NCBI GenBank assembly: GCA_036265325.1
Contig: DATAPH010000060.1
Location: 13,993 to 77,992 of the forward strand
Length of the DNA: 64,000 nucleotides
Reading direction: 5' to 3'
Source: Actinomycetota bacterium
GTDB taxonomy: Bacteria > Actinomycetota > UBA4738 > HRBIN12
In this document: positions 29,001 to 37,423 of the stretch, piece after piece
Layout: each line of letters begins with the position of its first letter
How positions within the stretch are numbered: position 1 is the first letter of the stretch
Program-made: the position numbers and the translations under genes
The notes under the pieces: generated by a model
What the model saw: the letters and a program-made list of their open reading frames with translations, nothing else
Told to the model about the DNA's origin: nothing
Database searches by the model: none

Positions 29001-30449
29001 GGCGTCGGACGGGTATCGGCCGGCGAGCAGATCGAGCACGCCGAGGAACACGTCCTCCGTGAGATCGGCGAAGCTGGCGGTGCGACGCGCGGTCGCGAAC
29101 AGGTCGTCGACGTGCCACGTGTCGACGGCGGTCATCGCGACGATCTGCTGTGCGAGCACGTCCAGCGGGTTGCGCAGGTAGTGCGTCGCCTCGATGTCGG
29201 CGCGCAACATGCTCTCCGTCACGACCGCCATCTGCAGCAGGTCGCCGCGGTATTTCGGGACAAGCTTCCCGACGCTCGGCGCGCCGACCTGATGGCCTGC
29301 TCGTCCGATCCGTTGCATGCCGGTCGCCACCGAGCCGGGCGACTCCACCTGGACCACGAGGTCGACCGCGCCCATGTCGATGCCGAGCTCGAGCGACGAC
29401 GTCGCAACGATCGCCCGGAGCTGGCCCCGCTTGAGCGCGTCCTCCACCTCGGTGCGTTGCTCGCGCGCGAGCGAACCGTGGTGTGCGCGAGCCAGGTCTT
29501 CTTCGGCGAGCTCGTTCAACCGGGCGGCGAGGCGTTCGGCCGACCGACGGTCGTTCACGAAGACGATCGTCGAGCGATGGTCGCGGATCAGCTCGAGGAG
29601 CACCGGGTGGATCGAGGGCCAGATCGACGTCCGGTCGGCCCCGAGCGCGGGGTTGCCCATCGGCGTCGCGGATCCGGCACTCGGCGTTCCGACGGACCCC
29701 ATGTCCTCGATGGGGACGACGACCTCGAGGTCGAGCGTCTTGCGGATCCCCGCATCGATCACCGCGACCGGCCGCGGCCTTTCGGGACCGTCGAAGCCCC
29801 CGAGGAACGTCGCGATCTCCTCGAGCGGTCGTTGCGTGGCGGAAAGGCCGATGCGCTGTGGACGTCGCTCGGCGATCGTCTCGAGGCGCTCGAGCGACAG
29901 CATCAGGTGGGCGCCTCGCTTCGTGGCGGCCACCGAGTGGATCTCGTCGACGATGACGGTGTCGACCGAGCGGAGTGTCTCGCGCGCCTGCGAAGTCAGC
30001 ATCAGATAGAGCGACTCGGGCGTGGTGATCAGGATGTCGGGCGGCTCCCTGATCAACCGGCGCCGTTCGCGCGCGTCCGTGTCACCCGTGCGCACGCCCA
30101 CCGTCGGGATGTGCGCGAGCGCAGCCCCTTCACGCTCGGCCGCGTGCTGGATGCCCGCGAGCGGCGCCCGCAGGTTCTTCTCGATGTCGATCGCGAGCGC
30201 GCGGAGCGGCGATATATAGAGGACTCGCGTCCGGGCTTCACGTGCGGGTGGTGCGGTGGACGATAGGCGGTCGATGGCCGCGAGGAACGCTGCAAGCGTC
30301 TTGCCGGAGCCGGTCGGAGCGAGCAGCAGCGTGTGCTCCCCGCGGCCGATCGCCGGCCACGCCTTGGCCTGCGCGTCGGTAGGTTGCTCGAACGAGGCCT
30401 CGAACCAGGCGCGAACAGCGGGGGAGAAGGGCAACGCACTCACGGCCAT
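26034..30449 (-). CDS. lhr: Lhr-family ATP-dependent DNA helicase (large helicase-related, with C-terminal extension)
   Basis: Motif I APTGSGKT, DEIH (DExH), SAT-equivalent and QRIGRAGH motif VI; about 1470 aa. The conserved lhr-nei adjacency is known from mycobacteria. Start at MAVSALPFS; the track begins at an upstream TTG. Confidence 0.9.
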   Translation of the reverse strand: MAVSALPFSPAVRAWFEASFEQPTDAQAKAWPAIGRGEHTLLLAPTGSGKTLAAFLAAIDRLSSTAPPAREARTRVLYISPLRALAIDIEKNLRAPLAGIQHAAEREGAALAHIPTVGVRTGDTDARERRRLIREPPDILITTPESLYLMLTSQARETLRSVDTVIVDEIHSVAATKRGAHLMLSLERLETIAERRPQRIGLSATQRPLEEIATFLGGFDGPERPRPVAVIDAGIRKTLDLEVVVPIEDMGSVGTPSAGSATPMGNPALGADRTSIWPSIHPVLLELIRDHRSTIVFVNDRRSAERLAARLNELAEEDLARAHHGSLAREQRTEVEDALKRGQLRAIVATSSLELGIDMGAVDLVVQVESPGSVATGMQRIGRAGHQVGAPSVGKLVPKYRGDLLQMAVVTESMLRADIEATHYLRNPLDVLAQQIVAMTAVDTWHVDDLFATARRTASFADLTEDVFLGVLDLLAGRYPSDAFAELRPRVVWDRAGGTVRAREGAGRIAVTSGGTIPDRGLFGVFTAEGSRVGELDEECVYESRRGEVFLLGASSWRIEDITRDRVIVTPAPGEHGKLPFWKAPGPGRPAELGRKIGQFTRELRSKHRDDALAELGRDLGLDERAARNLVEYVDEQAEASAVPDDRTIVIERFRDELGDWRICILTPWGSRVHAPWGLAIEARLTDRFGPGAQVMWTDDGIVLRLPEAVETLPMEMLLFDPDEVADAVIDVLPGTPLFAAVFREAAARALLLPRRRPGMRTPLWQQRQRSADLLAAASAHPEFPILLEATRECLRDYFDVPALQELMAGVRSRRVRVAGVDTDHASPFAQSLLFKWLAVSMYESETPLAERRAAALALDRDLLRELLGAEDLRELLDPAALDEVELELQRLADGRHARGLDGVHDLLRELGPLRIDEIASRTDGDVDGWAAQLVAEGRAIEVRVAGEPRIAAVEDAGRLRDALGVTIPIGVPAAFTEPTDPQGRPLEVLVARYARTHGPFEAHDVATRLGAGLDRVRASLETLESAERVLHGEFRPGGRDREWCDPDVLRRIRRRSLARLRREVEPVDPSAFARFVPAWQGADRPRGGVDALIETIGRLQGASIPASILEADVLPARVNGFRPTDLDGLVASGEVVWIGRGSIGASDGRVTLLFRERAGVLMRAAPDDRPVGAVHDAIRAHLSERGASFWPDLFSASGIADQQVVLRALWDLVWAGELTNDTLAPLRSFVRGNSGRRRGHGTGRPRPGALRVSGPPAGAGRWSLVERLAAEPSPTERAHALAMQLLDRHGVLTREATLAEDVPGGFAAVYPVLRAMEASGTVRRGYFVAGLGAAQFALPGAIDRLRAVRDPAPDAEILTLSAADPAQPFGAMLPWPESAGRPSRTAGAFVLIHQGEPVAFLERGGKTLTTFGGAEPGVWADALAALVKDGRVRRIELRRVDAVPVWEHPALEALRAAGFAEDYRGVTLRG

Positions 30450-30619
30450 CCAACCGTACCTGCTGATGCTGACTTCGTGGATGGAGCGAGGGTCACTGCT
30501 CGACCATCCCGCGGACGCAGGCAAGACGCCTCGGACGGTGACGAAAGTCTCCGGAACGCAGAGCAGCAGCTCGGTGACGTATCGCCCGACGGAGTCGCCG
30601 AGTGCGCTGCCGGAGCGCG

Positions 30620-30832
30620 CTAGTCCTGCTCGTACTTGAACGAGATGTTCACGCGCGAGCGGTACTGGGTGACGCGGCCGTCCTCGATCGTGACGTCGAG
30701 CTTGACGACCTCGCCGACCCGCAGATCACGAACCGTCTGTGCCGCCGTCTCGACCGCGTGGCGCGTCGCGTCCTCCCAGGATTCACTGCTCGTGCCGATC
30801 ACCTCGGTCACGCGATAGATGCTGTCCGCCAT
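30620..30832 (-). CDS. dodecin family flavin-binding protein
   Basis: 70 aa. YRVTEVIGTS...W......A...........GEVV....TIEDG matches the dodecin beta-alpha-beta-beta fold signature. Confidence 0.85.
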   Translation of the reverse strand: MADSIYRVTEVIGTSSESWEDATRHAVETAAQTVRDLRVGEVVKLDVTIEDGRVTQYRSRVNISFKYEQD

Positions 30833-30878
30833 CTGTGCCTCCCTTCCTGTGGTCCGCCTGATCCGGCGGAATGACGTT

Positions 30879-32303
30879 TCAGGCGGTGAACCGAGCGCCC
30901 AGCTCGAGCACGACCTCGGCGACGAGTTCCACGTCTTGTTCTCGAGCGCGCCAGTTCACGATCGCCGGGCGGAACGCGACCCGGCCGCCGTACACGGTCG
31001 AGCCGAAGAAGACGCGGCCGTCGGTGATCGCGACCTCGCCGATCCTCCGGTTGAGCGCGTCGAGCTCGGGACCGTCCTTCGAACCGGCCGGGCGGTAGCG
31101 GAAGCACACGACGTTGAGCGGCACGTCGGCCAGCCGCTCGAGCTCGGGCGCCTGGTCAACGACCCGGGTAAGATGCTGCGCGAGGTCGAGGTCGTGCTCG
31201 ACGATCGCGCGATGCCCCTCGCGACCGTACGCGCGGAGCGTCGCCCACACGGGGAACGACCGCGCGCGGCGCGACATCTCCGGCCCGCGGTAGCCCCAGT
31301 TCGGCTGCGGCTCGTCGACATCCGGCAGGTACGCTGCTCCGGCGCCGCCAAAGACGGCGGGCAGCAGCGCCTGGTCGTGGACGAAGGCGAAGCCGTTCTC
31401 GTACGGCACGTTGAGCCACTTGTGGCCGTCGGCGATCACCGAGTCGGCTCGTTCGACCCCTTCGACCAGGTGCTTGGTACGCGACGACAGCCCGGCGAAC
31501 AGCCCGAACGCTCCGTCGACGTGGAACCAGGCGTCGTATCGCTCCGCGAGGTCGGCCATCTCGTTGAGCGGATCGAAGTCGCCCGCGTTCACCTCGCCGG
31601 CGCTCCCGATCACGATCGCTGGGCCGCCGTCGAGGTCCCGGAGCTTCGCCTCCATCGCGGCGAGGTCCACGCGACCGACATCGTCACGCGCGAGCTTCTG
31701 CACGCGTGCGCGGCCCACGCCGAGCATCCCGAGCGCCTTGATGTCGCTCGGATGCGTGTAGCCGCCGCCGAGCACGGTGACTGGCGGCGCTGCCGCCACG
31801 CCGAGCTCGTCGACGTCGATCCCGGTGCGCTCGGCGCACCACCGGCGCGCGCACGCGAGCGCCACGAAGTTGGCCATGGTCGCGCCCGTCGTCAGGACGC
31901 CGCCCATCGACGCGGGCAAGCCGAACAACTCCTTCAACCACTCGATCGAGACTTGTTCCAGCCGCGCGGCGAGCGGTGTCGACACCCACGCGCCGGGGTT
32001 CTGATCGGTGGTTGCGGCCAGCCAGTCGGCGCCCAGCGACGCCGGCGTCGCGCCGCCATCGACGAAATGGAAGAACTTCGGCCCGGCCGAGTGCACCGCG
32101 CCATCGAACCCGGCGACGAGCTCCTCGAGGGCTTGGATCGCGCCGACGCCTTGCTCGGGAAGCGGCCCGCCGAAGGTCGCGGCGACCTCGTCGGCGCGGG
32201 GGTCTCGAACCGGGCGGTCGGCGAGCGTGTCGAGGTACTCGGCCGCCTCGCGCGCGGTGAAGTCGACGACCTTCTGGAGCTCGGCCGGGTCCGGCATGCC
32301 CAT
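30879..32303 (-). CDS. PLP-dependent amino-acid decarboxylase (group II; fold type I)
   Basis: DGHKWL PLP-lysine motif; similarity to DABA/aromatic amino-acid decarboxylases. Start at MGMPDP (track M1 is further upstream). Confidence 0.8.
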   Translation of the reverse strand: MGMPDPAELQKVVDFTAREAAEYLDTLADRPVRDPRADEVAATFGGPLPEQGVGAIQALEELVAGFDGAVHSAGPKFFHFVDGGATPASLGADWLAATTDQNPGAWVSTPLAARLEQVSIEWLKELFGLPASMGGVLTTGATMANFVALACARRWCAERTGIDVDELGVAAAPPVTVLGGGYTHPSDIKALGMLGVGRARVQKLARDDVGRVDLAAMEAKLRDLDGGPAIVIGSAGEVNAGDFDPLNEMADLAERYDAWFHVDGAFGLFAGLSSRTKHLVEGVERADSVIADGHKWLNVPYENGFAFVHDQALLPAVFGGAGAAYLPDVDEPQPNWGYRGPEMSRRARSFPVWATLRAYGREGHRAIVEHDLDLAQHLTRVVDQAPELERLADVPLNVVCFRYRPAGSKDGPELDALNRRIGEVAITDGRVFFGSTVYGGRVAFRPAIVNWRAREQDVELVAEVVLELGARFTA

Positions 32304-32359
32304 GGCCCCCGAGTCTACGAGCGCGGGTCCGGAGGCAGGACCGCGCATATCCTGGGTGG

Positions 32360-33118
32360 ATGGACCACGACCGGCCGCTCATCGCCGTTCCCGCGTACCG
32401 GCTCGGGCCCGGCCGCGTGGAGCGGTGGCCCGATGGCGGCTACGGCGTGCCCGCCCCGTACCTCGACGCGCTTCGGAGAGCCGGTGCGCGGACCGCGATC
32501 CTCGCGCCGGGCGAGGTGGCGGAACCCGGCGAACTCCTCGAGCCCTTCGACGGCTTGCTGCTCGTCGGTGGAGGCGACGTCGATCCTGTGCGGTACGGCG
32601 CCGAGCGCGGGGCGCACGACTACGGCGTCGATCCGCAGCGCGACTCGTTCGAGATCGCGCTCGTGCATGCCGCCGATCGAGCGGCGATGCCGACCCTGTG
32701 CATCTGCCGCGGCGCGCAAGTGCTGAACGTGGCGTTCGGTGGGACGTTGCATCAGCACCTGCCCGAGATCGACGGGCTGCTCGAGCACGGCGTGCCGCTC
32801 GACGGCACAACATCTATGCATGATGTCGAGACGGCGCAGCAGACGAAGCTCGGCGGCGCGACCGCCGCAGGATCGCTCCGCTGCTCGTCGCATCATCACC
32901 AGGGCATCGCGTCGGTCGGGACGGGCCTCACCGTCTCCGGACACAGCAGCGACGGACTGGTCGAGGCGATCGAGCGCGAGATGCCCGAGCCCGGATGGCT
33001 CCTCGGCGTCCAGTGGCATCCGGAAGAGACGGCGGCCGCTGATCCGTCGCAGCAGGGATTGTTCGACACGCTGGTTCGGCTGGCGGGAGATCGGGCCGTC
33101 AGCGCGAGCGCGACGTAG
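32360..33118 (+). CDS. gamma-glutamyl-gamma-aminobutyrate hydrolase family protein (PuuD-like, class I glutamine amidotransferase-like / peptidase C26)
   Basis: Catalytic CICRGAQ (nucleophile Cys) and HHHQG/HPE histidine region typical of PuuD. Confidence 0.85.
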   Translation: MDHDRPLIAVPAYRLGPGRVERWPDGGYGVPAPYLDALRRAGARTAILAPGEVAEPGELLEPFDGLLLVGGGDVDPVRYGAERGAHDYGVDPQRDSFEIALVHAADRAAMPTLCICRGAQVLNVAFGGTLHQHLPEIDGLLEHGVPLDGTTSMHDVETAQQTKLGGATAAGSLRCSSHHHQGIASVGTGLTVSGHSSDGLVEAIEREMPEPGWLLGVQWHPEETAAADPSQQGLFDTLVRLAGDRAVSASAT

Positions 33119-33121
33119 CCG

Positions 33122-33904
33122 TCAGACGCGTTCGCCGCCCACGAACGTCGCGGCAACGTGGCGCCAGTACGCGGCGATCGGTTCGACTGGCGCGAGCGAG
33201 CTGAGCTCTTCGCCCGGAGCGTCATGCACCTGGAGCTCGAACGAGCCCGTGTACGCCGGACCGGTCTCGACGTCTCGCGAGCGCAGGACGACCAGCTCGT
33301 CGAGCGCGTCGCCGCCACCGTCGATCGCCGGCATCCACCGCGAGTGCAGCATCGGCAGCGCGTTGACGAACCCAGCCGTGTCGGCGTTGCCTTCGATCGT
33401 GAAGACGGCGTCGATGAGCCGGCGGTCGTTCGCGGCGAGCGTCGCGCCGATGCGCCCACCCGGCTCCAACCGCGGCCCCGCCTTGCCGATCGACGTCGGC
33501 CGCGTCATCCAGATCGACCCGAGCTTCTTCGGATAGCCCTGGAACCAGCCGCGGGCCAGCGCGAAGTCCTTGTCGACCCAGATCAGGATGCACCGCGAGT
33601 ACGTCTCGCCGTTGTGGCGGCATCGCACGACGATGAACGCCTCCTTGTATTGGGAGCGCACGGGATCGAGCAGTTCCGCGCCGTCGTCGCTGCACGATTG
33701 CCAGTCCGCGAAGACGACGGCGACCGCATCGGGGTCGTCCTCGGCGGGCTCGACGCCGGCCGGCAGCCATCGCCGGACGGACCCCGCGGCCGCGCGGTAT
33801 TCCATCGTCAGGACGTCGCCCGAGTAGTGCCACGGGGGAGCGGGAACGAGCGACGCCGCGCCTTCGGGTGAGCGTGGCGCGAGGAAGCCGCGGAGCTCAG
33901 CCAT
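33122..33904 (-). CDS. acetoacetate decarboxylase (ADC) family protein
   Basis: PAPPWHYSGD N-terminal motif of the ADC-like fold. Start at MAELRG; the 58-aa extension in the track is rejected. Confidence 0.75.
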   Translation of the reverse strand: MAELRGFLAPRSPEGAASLVPAPPWHYSGDVLTMEYRAAAGSVRRWLPAGVEPAEDDPDAVAVVFADWQSCSDDGAELLDPVRSQYKEAFIVVRCRHNGETYSRCILIWVDKDFALARGWFQGYPKKLGSIWMTRPTSIGKAGPRLEPGGRIGATLAANDRRLIDAVFTIEGNADTAGFVNALPMLHSRWMPAIDGGGDALDELVVLRSRDVETGPAYTGSFELQVHDAPGEELSSLAPVEPIAAYWRHVAATFVGGERV

Positions 33905-33923
33905 CGGGGCGGATAATACGTCG

Positions 33924-34769
33924 ATGGAGACGCGCCGCATCGTTCTGCAAGGTCGTCCCGTGACGGTGACCCGCGAAGGCGACGAGCTCGTCACCGACGA
34001 CGGCGAGCGCGTCGCGATCGACGCGGGACAGCACCTTCCTCCCACCGAGCCGTCGAAGATCATCTGCGTGCATCTCAACTACGAGAGCCGGCGCGCCGAG
34101 TTCCAGGCGACGCTCGCGGCGGCCCCGACGTATTTCCACAAGCCGGTGAGCGCGCTCAACCATCACGAGGGCGATGTGGTGCGGCCCCCTCGATGCCGCT
34201 ACCTCAACTACGAGGGCGAGATCGCGATCGTGATCGGCCAGCGCACGCTGCATGTCTCGCCCAGCGAGGCCGAACAACGGATCCTCGGCTACACGGTCGC
34301 GAACGATTACGGGTTGCACGACTTCCGCGACACCGATGCGGGCTCGATGCTTCGCGTGAAGGGCTCCGACACGCTGTGTCCGCTCGGACCGGGCCTCGTC
34401 ACCGACTGGGACTTCCGCGGCAAGCAGATCGAGACCCGCGTCAACGGTGAGATCCAACAGGCAGGATCGACCGACGAGATGATCTGGGACATGCCGTATC
34501 TCGTCGCTGACATCGCGCGCACCATCACCCTTGAGCCCGGCGACGTGATCCTCTCGGGCACGCCGGCCAACTCGCGTCCCGTGGAGCCCGGCGACGTGGT
34601 TGAGGTCGAGGTTGAGGGCTTAGGAACGCTGCGGAACACGATCGTCGAGGGTGACGTCGCGGTCCGCGACGATGTCGGCGCGCAGCCGAGCTCCTCCGAA
34701 GAGGTCGAATCGACGGCGTTCGGCGGCGACTGGGAGTTCCGCGGCATCCGTCCGCCCATGAAAACCTGA
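33924..34769 (+). CDS. fumarylacetoacetate hydrolase (FAH) family protein
   Basis: KIICVHLNY, YEGEIAIVIG and DxTxRD-like metal-binding region; 281 aa. Confidence 0.85.
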   Translation: METRRIVLQGRPVTVTREGDELVTDDGERVAIDAGQHLPPTEPSKIICVHLNYESRRAEFQATLAAAPTYFHKPVSALNHHEGDVVRPPRCRYLNYEGEIAIVIGQRTLHVSPSEAEQRILGYTVANDYGLHDFRDTDAGSMLRVKGSDTLCPLGPGLVTDWDFRGKQIETRVNGEIQQAGSTDEMIWDMPYLVADIARTITLEPGDVILSGTPANSRPVEPGDVVEVEVEGLGTLRNTIVEGDVAVRDDVGAQPSSSEEVESTAFGGDWEFRGIRPPMKT

Positions 34770-34810
34770 CCCGGAGTATGCTCGGCCGAGGTAGATAGTT
34801 CGTATCCAAA

Positions 34811-34860
34811 GGAGTCGACCGAGGGAGTCGACCAAGGGAGTCGACCAAGGGAGTCGAGTG
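34811..34860. repeat. 3.8 tandem copies of a 13-bp unit (GGAGTCGACCRAG) immediately upstream of and running into the GTG start of the glutamine-synthetase-like gene
   Basis: Direct reading: ggagtcgaccgag ggagtcgaccaag ggagtcgaccaag ggagtcgagtg. Each unit carries an SD-like GGAG and a GTCGAC palindrome. Confidence 0.85.
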
Positions 34861-36162
34861 GAGACGAACGGAACACGGCTTCGACTGCTGTGGTCGGACA
34901 TCCACGGCATCGAGCGAGGCAAATACCTCTACGGCAACTGGGCGGAGCGTGGACGCGCCAACTTCTGTCTCGCGACCTTCCCGCTCACGTTCGACCGAGA
35001 GATCCTGCCGATCGAAGGGCTTGCCTTCGACGTCGGACTGCCCGACCTCGAAGCGACGATCGAGCCAGACAGCTTGCGGACCGGTTGGGAGCCGGAGACG
35101 ACCGTCGGGATCGGGCGGCTCAGCCGGCTCGACGCGCCGCTCGCCGTCGATCCGCGGCATCTGTTGGAACAAGCCGTCGCCTCGTGGATCGCGCGCGGCC
35201 TCACGCCGCAGATCGCGTTCGAATTCGAGTTCTACTTGTTGCGACCGGATGGCGAGGATGGCTGGCTCCCACTCTCCACGCCGGGCTCACGCGTGTACGG
35301 AACAGGCATGGCCGTCGACCCAGACGGTGTCGTCGCCGAGATCGTCGCTGCGGCTGCTGCGGCCGGTCTGGATGTCGAGGCGTGGTGCACCGAGTTCGAC
35401 GATTCGCAGTTCGAGGTCAACATCCGCTACCGCGACGCCGTCACCGCGGCCGACGACGCGTTCCTGTTCCGCGTGCTTGCGCACGAGATCGCCACGTCGC
35501 GTGGGCATCGCGCCACGTTCATCGGGCGGCCGTTCGCCGAACGCGGTGGCTCGGGTCTGCACGTGAACATCAGCTTCTGGGACGCAGCCGGCACCAACGT
35601 GCTCTACGACCCGAGCGATGCCGAGGGCCTGAGCGATCTGGCGCGGAACTGCATGGCCGGGATGCTGGCCCATCACGAAGGAACGGCGGCGATCCTGGCG
35701 CCGACCGTGAACGCCTACAAGCGCCTGCTGCCCGACATGATGAACGGCTACTGGGCGAACTGGGGGCACGACGATCGCACGGTGGCGATCCGGATCGGTC
35801 CCGACCGGGGTGACTCGACCCGCCTGGAGAACCGTGTGCCCGACGGCGCGTGCAACCCGTACCTCGCGGCTGCGGCCCTGCTCCACGCCTGCCGGTTCGG
35901 CGTCGAGGACGCGATGACGATGCCCCCCGCACAGCCGATCGCGGCGCAGCCGACCGGCGATCACATCCCGGCGACGCTGGAGGCCGCCGTCGAGGCGATG
36001 GGCCGCGACGACCGGCTGTGCGACGCACTCGGGGCGCCGTTCGTCGATGCGTTCTCGCAGCTCAAGCTCGCAGAGTGGAAGCGGTACACGGAAGCGGTGG
36101 ACGATCCGGCCACGTCGGATCCGACGCCGTGGGAGCTCGACTACTACACCCCGTTCTTCTGA
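34858..36162 (+). CDS. glutamine synthetase family protein (type III-like; gamma-glutamyl-amine ligase, PuuA/IpuC-like)
   Basis: GS catalytic-domain motifs (EFEFYL, GSGLHVNISFWD, NPYLAAAA) without the GlnA N-terminal regulatory features; 434 aa; GTG start. Confidence 0.85.
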   Translation: METNGTRLRLLWSDIHGIERGKYLYGNWAERGRANFCLATFPLTFDREILPIEGLAFDVGLPDLEATIEPDSLRTGWEPETTVGIGRLSRLDAPLAVDPRHLLEQAVASWIARGLTPQIAFEFEFYLLRPDGEDGWLPLSTPGSRVYGTGMAVDPDGVVAEIVAAAAAAGLDVEAWCTEFDDSQFEVNIRYRDAVTAADDAFLFRVLAHEIATSRGHRATFIGRPFAERGGSGLHVNISFWDAAGTNVLYDPSDAEGLSDLARNCMAGMLAHHEGTAAILAPTVNAYKRLLPDMMNGYWANWGHDDRTVAIRIGPDRGDSTRLENRVPDGACNPYLAAAALLHACRFGVEDAMTMPPAQPIAAQPTGDHIPATLEAAVEAMGRDDRLCDALGAPFVDAFSQLKLAEWKRYTEAVDDPATSDPTPWELDYYTPFF

Positions 36163-36172
36163 TGGAGCGTTC

Positions 36173-37423
36173 GTGACGGCCGTCCTCGATGGGATCGATC
36201 TGGCCGATCCCGACAACTTCGTCGACGGGGTGCCCTACGACTGGTTCCGGCGACTGCGCGAGGAAGCGCCGGTCGCGTGGCATCCCGAGCCGGGATCGAA
36301 CGCCGGATTCTGGGCGGTCACGCGCTACGACGACCTCGTCGCGATCCACATGGATTGGGCGACGTATTCGTCCGAGGTCGGCGCCGTCTCACTGGAAGAG
36401 CTCGATCCCGAGCAGCTCGAGATCCGGCGGTCCATGCTCGAGACCGACCCGCCACGGCACACGAAGCTCCGGTCGATCTGCGCCAAGCGGTTCAGCGCGC
36501 GCGGGGTGGGGCAGTACGCCGACTGGATCCGAGACGTCGCACGCGAGGTGCTCGATGCGGCGCTGCTGAGCGACGAACCCTTCGACTTCGTCGGCTCGAT
36601 CAGTCGCGAGCTGCCGATCCGGTTCCTATGCTCGATCTTCACCGTGCCGCAAGAAGATGCGCCGCAGCTGATCTCGTGGGGCGACAAAATGATCGCGAAC
36701 CAGGACCATGAGCTGTCCGCCGCGGTCATCGACAAGGTCGACACCGAGGAATACCGACTGCTGCCGTTCCGCTCGCCGGTCGCACGGGACGTGTTCGCGT
36801 ACGCAGATGCGCAGGCCGACGAGCGACGTGCAGAACCGAGCGACGATGTGATCCAGGCGCTCGTCACCGCCCAGAACGAAGGCGTGCTGAACGAGCGCGA
36901 GTTCCACAACTACTTCTCGCTGCTGATGATCGCGGGCAACGAAACGACGCGGCACACGATCAGCGCCGGGATGCTGGCGCTGATGGCGAACCGCGACCAG
37001 ATGCAGCTGTTGACCGACGAGCCCGAGCGCATCCCCCTGGCCGTCGAAGAGATCCTTCGGTGGGCGACGCCGGTGCTGCATTTCCGCCGGACGGCGACCC
37101 GCGACGTCGAGCTGCGTGGGGAGACCATCCACGCTGGCGACAAGGTCGTAACGTGGTACATCAGCGCCAACCGCGACGAGGACGCCTTCGACGAGCCGGG
37201 CGCGTTCGACGTGACGCGCAAGCCGAACGACCACGTCACGTTTGGTCCGGGCGGTCCGCACTTCTGTCTCGGCGCGCACCTGGCACGCCTCGAGGCCACG
37301 ATCCTGTTCGAGGAGCTGCTCCCGCGGATCCGGTCCATCGAGCTCGCCGGCCCGACCGAACGCATCCGCTCGAACTTCGTCAACGGCATCAAGCGGATGC
37401 CGGTGCGGATCGAAACGCGCTAA
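36173..37423 (+). CDS. cytochrome P450
   Basis: Heme-binding loop FGPGGPHFCLGAHLAR, EEILRW (ExxR) and AGNETT I-helix. GTG start 10 nt after the GS-like stop, with GGAG 6 nt upstream. Confidence 0.9.
   Translation: MTAVLDGIDLADPDNFVDGVPYDWFRRLREEAPVAWHPEPGSNAGFWAVTRYDDLVAIHMDWATYSSEVGAVSLEELDPEQLEIRRSMLETDPPRHTKLRSICAKRFSARGVGQYADWIRDVAREVLDAALLSDEPFDFVGSISRELPIRFLCSIFTVPQEDAPQLISWGDKMIANQDHELSAAVIDKVDTEEYRLLPFRSPVARDVFAYADAQADERRAEPSDDVIQALVTAQNEGVLNEREFHNYFSLLMIAGNETTRHTISAGMLALMANRDQMQLLTDEPERIPLAVEEILRWATPVLHFRRTATRDVELRGETIHAGDKVVTWYISANRDEDAFDEPGAFDVTRKPNDHVTFGPGGPHFCLGAHLARLEATILFEELLPRIRSIELAGPTERIRSNFVNGIKRMPVRIETR

Noticed and set aside
30440-30530. Apparent 1-nt inconsistency between my hand translation of the printed sequence and the ORF track near the lhr start (and at two other spots)
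   Set aside because: This is most likely my own counting or transcription error. It does not affect calls; I used track coordinates as authoritative.
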